Positions 39,953-48,213 of a stretch of DNA of 64,000 nucleotides are shown piece by piece. Position 1 is the first letter of the stretch; each line of letters opens with the position of its first letter. The position numbers and the translations under genes were made by a program. The notes below the pieces were generated by a model, which was not told the DNA's origin, did no database searches, and saw only the letters and a program-made list of their open reading frames with translations. Location of the stretch: contig CAADTZ010000019.1 in assembly GCA_900752015.1 (NCBI GenBank), positions 8,045 through 72,044 on the forward strand, written 5' to 3'. This DNA comes from an uncultured Collinsella sp. GTDB lineage: Bacteria; Actinomycetota; Coriobacteriia; Coriobacteriales; Coriobacteriaceae.

Positions 39953-40294
39953 CTACTCCCAGGCTCCCCATACATCGGGGCAATAACCGACGGTGGCCTT
40001 TTTGCCGTTGCGCACGATGGGCTCGGCCAAGACCTGCTGATTCTCGATTAGCTTGTCGAAGCGCTGGCTAGAGGTGAGGTGCTGGATGAGTGCGAGCGTT
40101 TCCTCGTCCTTGGCTTTGGGGTTGAGCAGCTTGTCGATGCCGCCGACCGCCTGCATCACGCTCGTGAGCTCGCCCTTGCTCATCTCCTTTTCCTTAAGGT
40201 CGATAAACTGCACCTTAATGCGGCGCTCCTTAAAATAACGCTGAGCCTTCTTGGTATCGAAAGACTTTTTGGTGCCAAAAATTTGCACGTTCAT
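39953..40294 (-). CDS. ArsC/Spx-family thioredoxin-fold protein (lacks the N-terminal CxxC motif)
   Basis: MNVQIFGTKKSFDTKKAQRYFKERRIKVQFIDL... has an ArsC/YffB-like layout with the conserved K-A motif but no catalytic Cys pair. 113 aa. Confidence 0.6.
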   Translation of the reverse strand: MNVQIFGTKKSFDTKKAQRYFKERRIKVQFIDLKEKEMSKGELTSVMQAVGGIDKLLNPKAKDEETLALIQHLTSSQRFDKLIENQQVLAEPIVRNGKKATVGYCPDVWGAWE

Positions 40295-40311
40295 GTATTT
40301 GTTCCGCCGTT

Positions 40312-40938
40312 CTACCTGATGAAGTTGGTGCGCTCGCGATCGGCTTCGGGGGCTTCGATGCCGGCGGCCTGTCCTGCCTCGATACAATGCAGGAGCCAGG
40401 CCATGTTCTTGCCGATGTTGCGCATGGTGGCCAGGCCCTCGGCGTCCTGGGCGGCCTCGCCCGGCATGGCGCCAAACACGTTGTTCCAGTACGTGGAAGC
40501 AACCACGGGCATCTGGTTGATGGTGAAGTACTTATTGAGCACGTCGAAGGTGGTCGACGTGCCGCCGCGACGGGCAACGGCGACGGCAGCGCCCGGCTTG
40601 TGTGCAAAGGCTTTGCTGCCGGCATAGAATGCGCGATCGAGGGCCGAAAGGATGCGTCCGCTGGGGTGCGCATAGTAGACGGGCGAGCCAAAGACAAAGC
40701 CATCTGCCTGCTCGGCGGCAGCGATCAGCTCGTTCACCACGTCATCGTCAAAGGTGCAGCGGCAATCGAGCTTGCCGCACTGGCCGCAACCGATGCAATC
40801 GCGAATGGGCTTGGCGCCCAGCTGAAACACCTCGGTATCAATGCCTTCTGCATTAAGTTGCTCTGCGACCTCGGCGAGTGCGCGGGCGGTGTTGCCGTTT
40901 GCCTTGGGGCTGCCGTTGACCAAAAGAACCTTCATCAC
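40312..40938 (-). CDS. Flavodoxin-like NAD(P)H-dependent FMN reductase / iron-sulfur flavoprotein
   Basis: MKVLLVNGSPKANGNT...GSPVYYAHPSG resembles an NADPH-dependent FMN reductase. A Cys cluster CIGCGQCGKLDCRC is present. Confidence 0.7.
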   Translation of the reverse strand: MMKVLLVNGSPKANGNTARALAEVAEQLNAEGIDTEVFQLGAKPIRDCIGCGQCGKLDCRCTFDDDVVNELIAAAEQADGFVFGSPVYYAHPSGRILSALDRAFYAGSKAFAHKPGAAVAVARRGGTSTTFDVLNKYFTINQMPVVASTYWNNVFGAMPGEAAQDAEGLATMRNIGKNMAWLLHCIEAGQAAGIEAPEADRERTNFIR

Positions 40939-40999
40939 AAACTCCCTCTGCTGTCGGTGACTTCTGCGGAGGATTATCGCACGAGAGGGCAGATGGCGT

Positions 41000-41040
41000 G
41001 GGGCGCGATGTGAAACGGCTTGTGTTTCACATCGCGCCCC
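41000..41040. terminator. 17-bp perfect GC-rich palindrome immediately 3' of the GGDEF gene
   Basis: GGGGCGCGATGTGAAAC-GGCTTGT-GTTTCACATCGCGCCCC begins 6 nt after the stop. No U-tract. It could alternatively act as an operator for the downstream flavoprotein operon. Confidence 0.45.
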
Positions 41041-41046
41041 ACAACG

Positions 41047-42576
41047 CTAGTCCAGCTTGGTGCCCGGTACTTGCGGTGCCTCTATAAGCCGCGCTTTGAG
41101 CTCGTTCAAAATGGAAACGGGCTGACGGTCGACGCCGTCCAGATGGAGCGTGGCCACGCGAATGGGCGGCTGATATTCAAGCGAGCCGATGAGCACGGGA
41201 GAACCCAAGAACCGTTCGATGTCGCCTGCGATCTCATCGATTGCCTCGGGGCCGAGCTCATCGAAGAGTGCCACGAACGTTGGTCCCGTCGAGCGGAACA
41301 GGCGGCCCTTGCCGCGCGAACAATCCATGAGGCAGGCGGCGCTTTCGGCGAGCACGCGGTCGCCTGCATCGAATCCAAAGCGGGCATTGACCTCGGCGAT
41401 ATCGTCGACCTTAATGGCAATAAAGCCTGCCTCGTGCGGCACGTGGCGCATCTCTCCAATAGCGTTGACCAGTGCGTGGACATCGCCCAGGCCCGTTACC
41501 GAGTCGGTCGTATCCGCTAGGCTTCGGTTGACGATAATGCCCACATACATGCTGGGCTCGGTATCGGTGCCGTCCAAGCGGTAGCCCGTGCAGTCGCAAA
41601 GCACGTACGCTCCGGTGGCATCCATTACGCGATACTGCATGTAGTGGAAGTGCCACGTGCTGTTTATCACCATGTCGAGCTCGGCGCGTACGTTGTCGCG
41701 GTCCTCGGGATGAACGCGGGCGAGCCACATGTCGAGTGAGTTAAAAGGGTGCTGGGAGGGCAGGTCAAAATCGCGCACGGCGTTAACCGACCATTGCGAT
41801 TCGCCCGTATCGAGATTGAGGATAAAGGGATAGCGCGTCTCGGAGCTCATGGAGATCGCTTGGAACACTCGGTCGTTGCAGGGAAGCTGATCGACGATTG
41901 GGCGTTGCGGCGCGTCATCGTCTTTCGGTTGCTGCACACGATGCATAAGCTTATAGCGATACATCTTGCGATCGGCATCCATCGTCATCTGGCGACGCGT
42001 GTCGCCAGCAAGTGGATCGACGCGCGAGCAGCCAAAGCTAAAGCTGCCGATCATGGGCGCCTTGCCACCTGAGCTCGCCTCGATCAGTCCGGTACGTACC
42101 TGCTCCAAGCGCTGCTCGAGTTCAGTCTCGTTTGCGGAGAGCGAGATGAGCACAAACTCGTCTCCACCGATACGGAACAGCATCTCATCGTGCTCCATGG
42201 TTTCGGAGAGCGTGCGGCAGATGCCCAGAATATAGCGATTGCCTTCGGCGTGGCCAAACCTATCATTGCAATGCTTGAGATGGTCGATGTCAATATAGGC
42301 GCAGGTGAAGGGGTCGCCATTGCGCCAGAGTTGCTCGACGTGACGGTCGAATCCGTTGCGGTTGCCCAAGTTGGTGAGCGGATCGATATAGGCGTTGCGC
42401 TCAAGCAGCTGGCGCTCTTGTTGCAGGATGGCATGCGTCTTTTGCAGTTGCTCACCAACGGCGCGTAGTCCAGTGGGCAGCACGGCAACATCGAGTTCGG
42501 CGGTCGAGACGCCATTCGCAAGTCGCTGAAGATAGGCAATAATCGATTGCTCGCCCAGGCGATATGACTCGTTCAT
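41047..42576 (-). CDS. Diguanylate cyclase: GGDEF domain, PAS-like region, and a second degenerate GGDEF-like domain
   Basis: First domain has an intact RIGGDEF active site (FRIGGDEFVL) and I-site context. The middle segment (VHPEDRDNVRAEL...YRVMDATGAYV) is PAS-like. The C-terminal ~160 aa (VDDIAEVNARFGFDAGDRVL) has a GGDEF fold with a degenerate signature. Confidence 0.8.
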   Translation of the reverse strand: MNESYRLGEQSIIAYLQRLANGVSTAELDVAVLPTGLRAVGEQLQKTHAILQQERQLLERNAYIDPLTNLGNRNGFDRHVEQLWRNGDPFTCAYIDIDHLKHCNDRFGHAEGNRYILGICRTLSETMEHDEMLFRIGGDEFVLISLSANETELEQRLEQVRTGLIEASSGGKAPMIGSFSFGCSRVDPLAGDTRRQMTMDADRKMYRYKLMHRVQQPKDDDAPQRPIVDQLPCNDRVFQAISMSSETRYPFILNLDTGESQWSVNAVRDFDLPSQHPFNSLDMWLARVHPEDRDNVRAELDMVINSTWHFHYMQYRVMDATGAYVLCDCTGYRLDGTDTEPSMYVGIIVNRSLADTTDSVTGLGDVHALVNAIGEMRHVPHEAGFIAIKVDDIAEVNARFGFDAGDRVLAESAACLMDCSRGKGRLFRSTGPTFVALFDELGPEAIDEIAGDIERFLGSPVLIGSLEYQPPIRVATLHLDGVDRQPVSILNELKARLIEAPQVPGTKLD

Positions 42577-42614
42577 GATGGATAACCTCCTTGGGCGGAA
42601 CAACGGTTTGTATC

Positions 42615-42645
42615 ATATCCCCAATTCGGTTTGAATTGGGGATAT
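42615..42645. promoter_or_regulatory. Perfect 13-bp-arm palindrome in the GGDEF promoter region (ATATCCCCAATTC-GGTTT-GAATTGGGGATAT)
   Basis: Lies 40-70 bp upstream of the GGDEF start codon. Candidate operator for a dimeric regulator. Confidence 0.4.
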
Positions 42646-42703
42646 AAGTTAGCTAATGGAGACAAATATCCCCTTCGACGGTGGCGTTTTGCGCGCGAGC
42701 GTA

Positions 42704-42970
42704 TCAGTTGTTATTGCCACCATCGAGCAATGCCTCAAAATTCTTCGCCGGCATGGGGCGGTAGTAGAGGAAGCCCTGAGCGTAGCGGGCGCCCATTTGT
42801 CGTAGCATGTTCGCCTGCTCATTTGTCTCGACGCCTTCGACCACGACGGGCAGATGGAGCGACTGCGCCATCTCGAGCATCGATGAAATGATTTGCGTGC
42901 TGCGGCCTTGATCGCCGTCGACGGGCGCAATCTGCCAAATGTGCTTGTCGAGCGTCACCATAAAGCCGCT
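42704..42970 (-). pseudogene. EAL-domain (c-di-GMP phosphodiesterase) C-terminal remnant
   Basis: Only the last ~90 aa of an EAL domain are encoded (LDKHIWQ...LPVVVEGVETNEQ...GARYAQGFLYYRP). The N-terminal two-thirds, including the EAL catalytic motif, are absent. Upstream sequence runs into the patatin gene. Confidence 0.45.
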
Positions 42971-43128
42971 TTCCTCGAGTGCGGGGATATGGGTGCACAT
43001 GCTGTGGACGGCTATTATTCGACAGGCGGTAGCGCGACGATGCGATGTTCGATGAAAATGCGACTGAGACGATATATGTTGACGGGTATACTTGTTCCGT
43101 TTGAATTTGCGGGGACGGAGATGGTCGC

Positions 43129-43998
43129 ATGGCACAGTCAAATACGACGCGCACGGTGGGGCTGGCACTCGAGGGAGGCGGCTACCGCGGCATGTATACG
43201 GCGGGCGTGCTCGACGTATGGATGGAGCATGGCTTAACTTGCGACCATATGGTGGGTGTCTCGGCGGGCGCGGCGTTTGGCTACAACTTTAAATCGCGCC
43301 AGATCGGCCGCGCCATTCGCTACAACAAAGCCTATTGTGCCGATAAGCGCTATGCGAGCGTGACGAGCTGGTTGCGAACCGGCGACATGTTCAATGCCGA
43401 TTTTGCCTATCACGAGGTGCCCATCGAGCGCGATCCCATCGATTTGGAGACATATCGCGCCTGCCCCATGCGGTTTACGTGCGTGTGTACCGATATCGAG
43501 ACGGGCAAGGCCGTCTATCACGATCTGCCGTATGGCGACGAGCGCGATATCGAGTGGATCCGGGCGTCGTCGGCAATTCCCGTGGCGACGCGTCCCGTTG
43601 CTATTGACGGGCATAAGTATCTGGATGGTGGCGTGGCTGATTCTATTCCCAGCGCATGGCTGTTTGCGCAGGGGTATGACCGCAATATCGTGGTACTCAC
43701 GCAGCCAGCGGGCTTTGTGAAGCAGCCCAACAGCGTGATGCCCATGCTGCGACGCGTGTTCCGTCACTATCCGGAGTTTGTCGCAGCGCTTGAGCATCGG
43801 CATGAGGTCTACAATACCACGCTCGATGACCTGGCACGTCGCGAGGCTGCCGGCGAGATCTTTGTGGTGCGGCCGAGCGAATCGGTGAAGGTGCCGTCGC
43901 TGTGTCGCGAGCCCGATGAACTTGAACGCATCTACCAGATTGGTCGCCGCGATGCGGAGGCGACCTTGCCGGCACTGGAGGCATATCTGGCAGAGTAG
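43129..43998 (+). CDS. Patatin-like phospholipase
   Basis: GGGYRGMY is the oxyanion GGxR motif. GVSAG is the GxSxG nucleophile motif. The DGG catalytic Asp motif is present. 289 aa. Confidence 0.8.
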   Translation: MAQSNTTRTVGLALEGGGYRGMYTAGVLDVWMEHGLTCDHMVGVSAGAAFGYNFKSRQIGRAIRYNKAYCADKRYASVTSWLRTGDMFNADFAYHEVPIERDPIDLETYRACPMRFTCVCTDIETGKAVYHDLPYGDERDIEWIRASSAIPVATRPVAIDGHKYLDGGVADSIPSAWLFAQGYDRNIVVLTQPAGFVKQPNSVMPMLRRVFRHYPEFVAALEHRHEVYNTTLDDLARREAAGEIFVVRPSESVKVPSLCREPDELERIYQIGRRDAEATLPALEAYLAE

Positions 43999-44025
43999 GG
44001 CAAACTGCCGCGTGCTCAGCGGAAA

Positions 44026-44066
44026 GCGCATCCCAGAATGGACGTCCAAACTGGGATGCGTTTTCC
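44026..44066 (+). terminator. Rho-independent terminator after the patatin gene
   Basis: GCGCATCCCAG-loop-CTGGGATGCG followed by TTTTCCATT. Confidence 0.75.
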
Positions 44067-44110
44067 ATTGCTGAAGTTATGGGGCCGCGGAGCAACTGCT
44101 CGGCTTATGC

Positions 44111-44806
44111 CTATGCCTGCTGCCAGGTGTCTACGAGCTCCTTGGCCGCGGCGTAGGGGTCATCGGCGCTGCAGACGGCACTCACCACAAAGAAGCCGTC
44201 GACGCCGGTGGCCTTGAGCTGCGGAAGGTCGGCCGTCTTGACGCCGCCGCCCACCACGATGGGCACGGGGCTTGCCGCATGGAGCGCGGCCAGGTCCTCA
44301 AAGCTCTTGGTGATGATAGAGCCGTCGGCCGCGCGTCCGCAGTCGCGCTTGGTCTCGGTCTCGTGGAGTGGGCCGATGCCAAGGTAGTCGACCAAACTCA
44401 TATCGGCGGTCTTGACGTACTCGAGCATCTCCTCGCAACGGGCCGAAAGGCCCACGATGGCGTCGGGGCCCAGCAACTTGCGACAGACCTCGACGGGAAT
44501 ATCGCTTTGGCCCACGTGCACACCGTCGACAGCAATACCCTGCTCGCGTGCGGCAAGCACACAGTCCAGACGGTCGTCGATCAGCAAGGCGACCTGACCG
44601 GTCTTGCCGGCCTGAGCGATTGCCTGCGCGGCGTCGCCGGTCAGCGCAATGATCTCGCGGGCGCTTGCCACCTTGGAGCGCACCTGGATGCAGGTAAAGC
44701 CGGCGTCGAGCGCCTGGGCCACCACATCGCCCACGGGGCGCCCGAGCGTGTTTTCGGGGCCGAGTACCAGATAGGCCGAGATATCAAGGTTGTCGCGGAT
44801 GCTCAT
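44111..44806 (-). CDS. thiE: Thiamine-phosphate synthase
   Basis: ThiE TIM-barrel motifs (LYLVLGPEN-like start, VQVRSK, YLGIGP, VVGGGV). Confidence 0.85.
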   Translation of the reverse strand: MSIRDNLDISAYLVLGPENTLGRPVGDVVAQALDAGFTCIQVRSKVASAREIIALTGDAAQAIAQAGKTGQVALLIDDRLDCVLAAREQGIAVDGVHVGQSDIPVEVCRKLLGPDAIVGLSARCEEMLEYVKTADMSLVDYLGIGPLHETETKRDCGRAADGSIITKSFEDLAALHAASPVPIVVGGGVKTADLPQLKATGVDGFFVVSAVCSADDPYAAAKELVDTWQQA

Positions 44807-45144
44807 CGTGCTTCCTCCTGCTTTTTGATCTGTGCTTCCATGCGCTCGAGTTTGCCGGTCATGGTGTCGGTAAATCCGGGTCGAATATCGGCTTTGAGCA
44901 CGACTTCGGTGCGGATGCCCTTGCTCGCCAACACAAAGGTTGCGTCGCGCACGACCTGCATGACCTCGTCCCAGTCGCCCTCGATCTCGGTGAACATGGA
45001 GGTGGTGCGGTTGGGCAGGCCGCTCTCGCGAATGACACGCACGACCTCGGCGACCTCGGCGGATAGCTCATCGCCGGTGCCGCACGGGGCGATGGCCACG
45101 GCGACGAGCGTGTTCATGCCGGCATTGGTTGCGGGCTCGGACAT
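44803..45144 (-). CDS. MTH1187/YkoF-family thiamine-binding protein
   Basis: 113 aa. MTH1187/YkoF-like fold signature (VAVAIAP.G.G...TEIEGDWDEV). Located between thiM and thiE with overlapping stop and start. Confidence 0.65.
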   Translation of the reverse strand: MSEPATNAGMNTLVAVAIAPCGTGDELSAEVAEVVRVIRESGLPNRTTSMFTEIEGDWDEVMQVVRDATFVLASKGIRTEVVLKADIRPGFTDTMTGKLERMEAQIKKQEEAR

Positions 45145-45147
45145 GGC

Positions 45148-45987
45148 CTATGCCTCCTCGAGCTCGAGTCGGTTATCGGCGATGTCTTGGGCGGTTGCGC
45201 GGTAGAGCTCGTCGATAAAGGCGACCTTAAAGCTTGCCGGGGCGTCGGCGACAGCGGCGGCACGCGTGCCGGCCACGTTGTAGACGGCGGTGCCGCAGAC
45301 GGCTGCCGTAAACGGGTCGGCGGCGCAGGCGTACACGGCCAGCACGCCGCCCTGCGAGCAGCCGCAGCCGGTGATCTTGGACATGAGCGGGCTGCCACCG
45401 TGGGACTTGGCCACCGTCGTGCCGTCGGTGATCAGGTCGACTTCGCCCGAGACCACAACGGCGCCACCGGTGTGGCGAGCGAGCGCCACGGCGGCATCGC
45501 GGGCGGCGTCGACCGTGTCGGTGGTATCGACACCACGCACGCGGCTCAGATCAGCCGCCTCGCCCTCAAGACCCCACAGGCCGGCGAGTGCGATAATCTC
45601 GGAGGCGTTGCCGCGCACGATGGCGGGCTTGTACTGCTTGAGCTCGTTTACCAGCTGGGTGCGCAGGCTGCCGATACCCAGGCCCACCGGATCGAGCACC
45701 CAGGGCTTGCCGGCGTCGTGTGCCGCCTTCGCCGCGCGGGGAATCGTCTGCTCGTAGATAGGGAAGAGCGTGCCCATGTTGAGATAGATGGCGCCGCCGC
45801 CGGCAACGAGCGCTTCGCCCTCGTCGGGCAGATAGACCATGGCGGCCGATCCGCCCACGGCGAGCTGTGCGTTGGCGACAAAGTCGATCGTCACCGTGTT
45901 GGTGATGGAGCCGGCCATCGGATTGGTGGCGCGAATTTCCTCTACGGCCTTGACCATATGTTGCTTAAGCTGTTCCGAATCAATCAC
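45148..45987 (-). CDS. thiM: Hydroxyethylthiazole kinase
   Basis: ITNTVTIDFVANAQLAVGGSAAM...GNASEI... shows ThiM motifs. Probable GTG start at 45987, 8 nt after AAGGAGG. The longer ORF to 46101 would overlap the riboswitch. Confidence 0.8.
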   Translation of the reverse strand: MIDSEQLKQHMVKAVEEIRATNPMAGSITNTVTIDFVANAQLAVGGSAAMVYLPDEGEALVAGGGAIYLNMGTLFPIYEQTIPRAAKAAHDAGKPWVLDPVGLGIGSLRTQLVNELKQYKPAIVRGNASEIIALAGLWGLEGEAADLSRVRGVDTTDTVDAARDAAVALARHTGGAVVVSGEVDLITDGTTVAKSHGGSPLMSKITGCGCSQGGVLAVYACAADPFTAAVCGTAVYNVAGTRAAAVADAPASFKVAFIDELYRATAQDIADNRLELEEA

Positions 45988-46004
45988 TGCACATGCCTCC
46001 TTGG

Positions 46005-46150
46005 CATAGAAAAGGGGCGCTGTGCATAGACAGCGCCCCTGTAAAGGCGGCATGCTCCCTACGCCAGCATTAACTGACAGGTTCAAAGGATTGGGCCCCA
46101 TGCCCTCTCAGCCTTGTGGTTTGCACCGCCGGCACTCCCGCATCGAATCT
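46005..46150 (-). ncRNA. TPP (THI-box) riboswitch with terminator expression platform, controlling thiM-ykoF-thiE
   Basis: Minus-strand sequence ...GGGAGUGCC...CUGAGAG...CCUUUGAACCUGUCAGUUAAUGCUGGCGUAGGGA... matches the universally conserved THI-element blocks. It is followed by a terminator hairpin AGGGGCGCUGU-N6-ACAGCGCCCCUUUU, then RBS AAGGAGG. Confidence 0.8.
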
Positions 46151-46170
46151 GTTGTTCCCTATACTAGCGC

Positions 46171-46205
46171 ACCTGCCAAAAAGGGACAGGTTTATTTTGG
46201 CAGGT
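46171..46205. repeat. AAAGGGACAG-core hairpin, copy H5 (ACCTGCCAAAA-AGGGACAGGTTTA-TTTTGGCAGGT)
   Basis: 11-bp stem with the AAAGGGACAG core displaced into the loop. Lies in the divergent region between the riboswitch/thiM operon and the HAD hydrolase gene. Confidence 0.5.
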
Positions 46206-46242
46206 CGTTACAATAGGTAGGACCGATACGAATGGGGGCCTT

Positions 46243-47151
46243 ATGATTAAACTTGTGCTGACCGATATGGACGATACACTGATTCCAGCCGGGCATGACG
46301 GCGCCAGCGACTACGCCATTGAGGGTATTCATGCCATGCAGGCGGCGGGTCTGCACTTTGGGCCGGTTTCGGGTCGTCAGCCGTCCGCGATGGGCTGGAT
46401 GTTCAAAAACCGTTCCGAGTGTTTTTCGACCGGTGCGTTCTGTAACGGCCAGGTGATGTTTGTCGACGGCGAAGTAGTCGCCTCGCGCGCAATCGACAAC
46501 GATGCTCTGATGCGTTTGGCCGACTATCTGGAGCAAGAGACCGACGATACATTTCTAAAAGTCTACAGCCTGGGCGATGACTTTTGGGGCAACGATGCCT
46601 ATTGCGTGACGAGCAATCCCGAGCGTGTGCGTCGCGCTATGGAGTCGGGCGGCAATGCGTGGCTCAAAGGCGAAGAGGCCCCGTGCCGTCCCGTCGTCGA
46701 TGACGCGTCGGTGTTTAAGGCGAATATCTGGAGTGCCCGTTCGCGTGAGGAGCTCGCGGAGCTACGCGAGCGCGTTGCCGCTGAGGTGCCGGAACTCTCG
46801 CTCGTGTTTCCCAACAACCGAGTGCGCCTGTTCGACATCCTTCCGGATGGTTGGGACAAGGGCTGCGCTGCGCTGGAGCTGGCGCGCGCCTTGGGCCTGA
46901 CGCCCGACGAGGTGGCCGTATTCGGCGATTCCGATAACGATCTGCCCATGATCGATGCCGTTCCCAACTCCGTTGCAGTCGCCAATGCCAATGAGGCCGT
47001 CACGGCTGCCGCGCGCTGGCATATCGGCGCCGCGGCAGATGATGCGGTCGCCGGGGCTCTGCATCAGATTGCCGCCTGCGCCGCGACGGGGGAGATGCCG
47101 CCGTTTATGCGTCAGGAGGGTGCAGCCGACGCGAATTTCGCGAACAGCTAA
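46243..47151 (+). CDS. HAD-superfamily hydrolase, Cof-type (HAD-IIB)
   Basis: N-terminal LVLTDMDDTL is HAD motif I. C-terminal VFGDSDNDLPM is motif IV. Confidence 0.8.
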   Translation: MIKLVLTDMDDTLIPAGHDGASDYAIEGIHAMQAAGLHFGPVSGRQPSAMGWMFKNRSECFSTGAFCNGQVMFVDGEVVASRAIDNDALMRLADYLEQETDDTFLKVYSLGDDFWGNDAYCVTSNPERVRRAMESGGNAWLKGEEAPCRPVVDDASVFKANIWSARSREELAELRERVAAEVPELSLVFPNNRVRLFDILPDGWDKGCAALELARALGLTPDEVAVFGDSDNDLPMIDAVPNSVAVANANEAVTAAARWHIGAAADDAVAGALHQIAACAATGEMPPFMRQEGAADANFANS

Positions 47152-47161
47152 GGAGACAGCC

Positions 47162-48058
47162 ATGAAGCTCCAGCAGCTCAGATATGTCGTCAAAGTTGCC
47201 GAATGCGGCAGCATTACCGAGGCCTCGCGCCGTCTCTTTGTGTCGCAGCCTTCGATTACCGCGTCGATTCGCGATCTCGAAAACGAGATGGGTGTGCACA
47301 TCTTTGAGCGTACCAACAAGGGCGTCATTGTGTCCGAGGAAGGTGAGACCTTCTTGGGCTACGCGCGCCAGGTACTCGACCAGGCCGACCTGCTCGAGGG
47401 CAAGTACAAGGGCGCATCCGAGCAGGTGCCGCACTTTAGTGTGAGCTGCCAGCATTATTCCTTTGCCGTCAACGCGTTTGTCGACGTGATCCGCGAGTTC
47501 GATGCCGCGCGTTACGACTTCACCCTGCGCGAGGAGCAGACTCACGAGATTATCGAGGATGTCGCGCATATGAAAAGCGAACTGGGCATCCTGTACTTAT
47601 CCGAGCATAACCGCGAGGTCATCGAGCGCATGCTGGTGGCCAACGAGCTCGTGTTCGAAGGACTCTTCTGCGCCACGCCGCATGTCTTCGTCTGCGCCGA
47701 CCATCCGCTGGCGGACCGCTCCAGCGTGACGCTCGAGGATCTGGAAGACTACCCGTTCCTGTCCTACGAGCAGGGCAGCTACAACTCGTTTTACTATTCC
47801 GAGGAGCTGACCTCGACGTTCGAGCGTCGCAAAAATATCCGCGTGCGCGACCGTGCGACGTTGTTCAATTTGGCCATGGGCCTCAACGGCTACACGGTAT
47901 GCTCGGGCGTGATCAGCCACGAGCTCAACGGCCCCGGCATTATCTCGATTCCGCTCGACGTGGACGAGTACATGGAGATTGGCATCATCACGCGCAAGAA
48001 CACGACGCTCACGCGCTACGGCCGGGCCTATATCGACGCGATTCGTCAGCATATCTAG
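47162..48058 (+). CDS. LysR-family transcriptional regulator (MetR-like position upstream of a metE-like gene)
   Basis: MKLQQLRYVVKVAECGSITEASRRLFVSQPSITASIRDLE is a LysR HTH. ATG at 47162. The upstream in-frame extension overlaps the HAD gene. Confidence 0.85.
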   Translation: MKLQQLRYVVKVAECGSITEASRRLFVSQPSITASIRDLENEMGVHIFERTNKGVIVSEEGETFLGYARQVLDQADLLEGKYKGASEQVPHFSVSCQHYSFAVNAFVDVIREFDAARYDFTLREEQTHEIIEDVAHMKSELGILYLSEHNREVIERMLVANELVFEGLFCATPHVFVCADHPLADRSSVTLEDLEDYPFLSYEQGSYNSFYYSEELTSTFERRKNIRVRDRATLFNLAMGLNGYTVCSGVISHELNGPGIISIPLDVDEYMEIGIITRKNTTLTRYGRAYIDAIRQHI

Positions 48059-48213
48059 GGTGCTGTGCTCCGCACGGTTCAAGTCTCTTTATGGCAGTCC
48101 AGACTGATATAGGAAGCATCTATATCAAACTGTTATAAACGTATATTTTACGATGGTCATATGAGCGCTCATACTCTGTCCCAGTAAAGCAACCAATGCA
48201 AAGGGAGATATCT

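Noticed and set aside
40998-41040. CRP/FNR-type site (TGTGA...TCACA) within the GC-rich palindrome.
   Set aside because: The TGTGA and TCACA half-sites are separated by 13 nt rather than the required 6. The element is better explained as a long hairpin, either a terminator or a generic operator.
43129-43998. Patatin-like phospholipase as a CBASS (CapV) effector or other anti-phage module.
   Set aside because: No cGAS/DncV-like nucleotidyltransferase, Cap2/Cap3 or other defence partners are nearby. At 289 aa it is shorter than typical CapV, and its neighbours are thiE and a GGDEF/EAL remnant. The GGDEF enzyme is not a CD-NTase. Most likely a housekeeping or lipid-remodelling patatin.
48059-48213. 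SAM or other methionine-related riboswitch upstream of the MetE-like gene.
   Set aside because: No SAM-I/SAM-II/SAM-IV conserved cores were visible. The region is AT-rich promoter-like sequence, and an adjacent MetR-like LysR regulator (47162-48058) offers a protein-based explanation.
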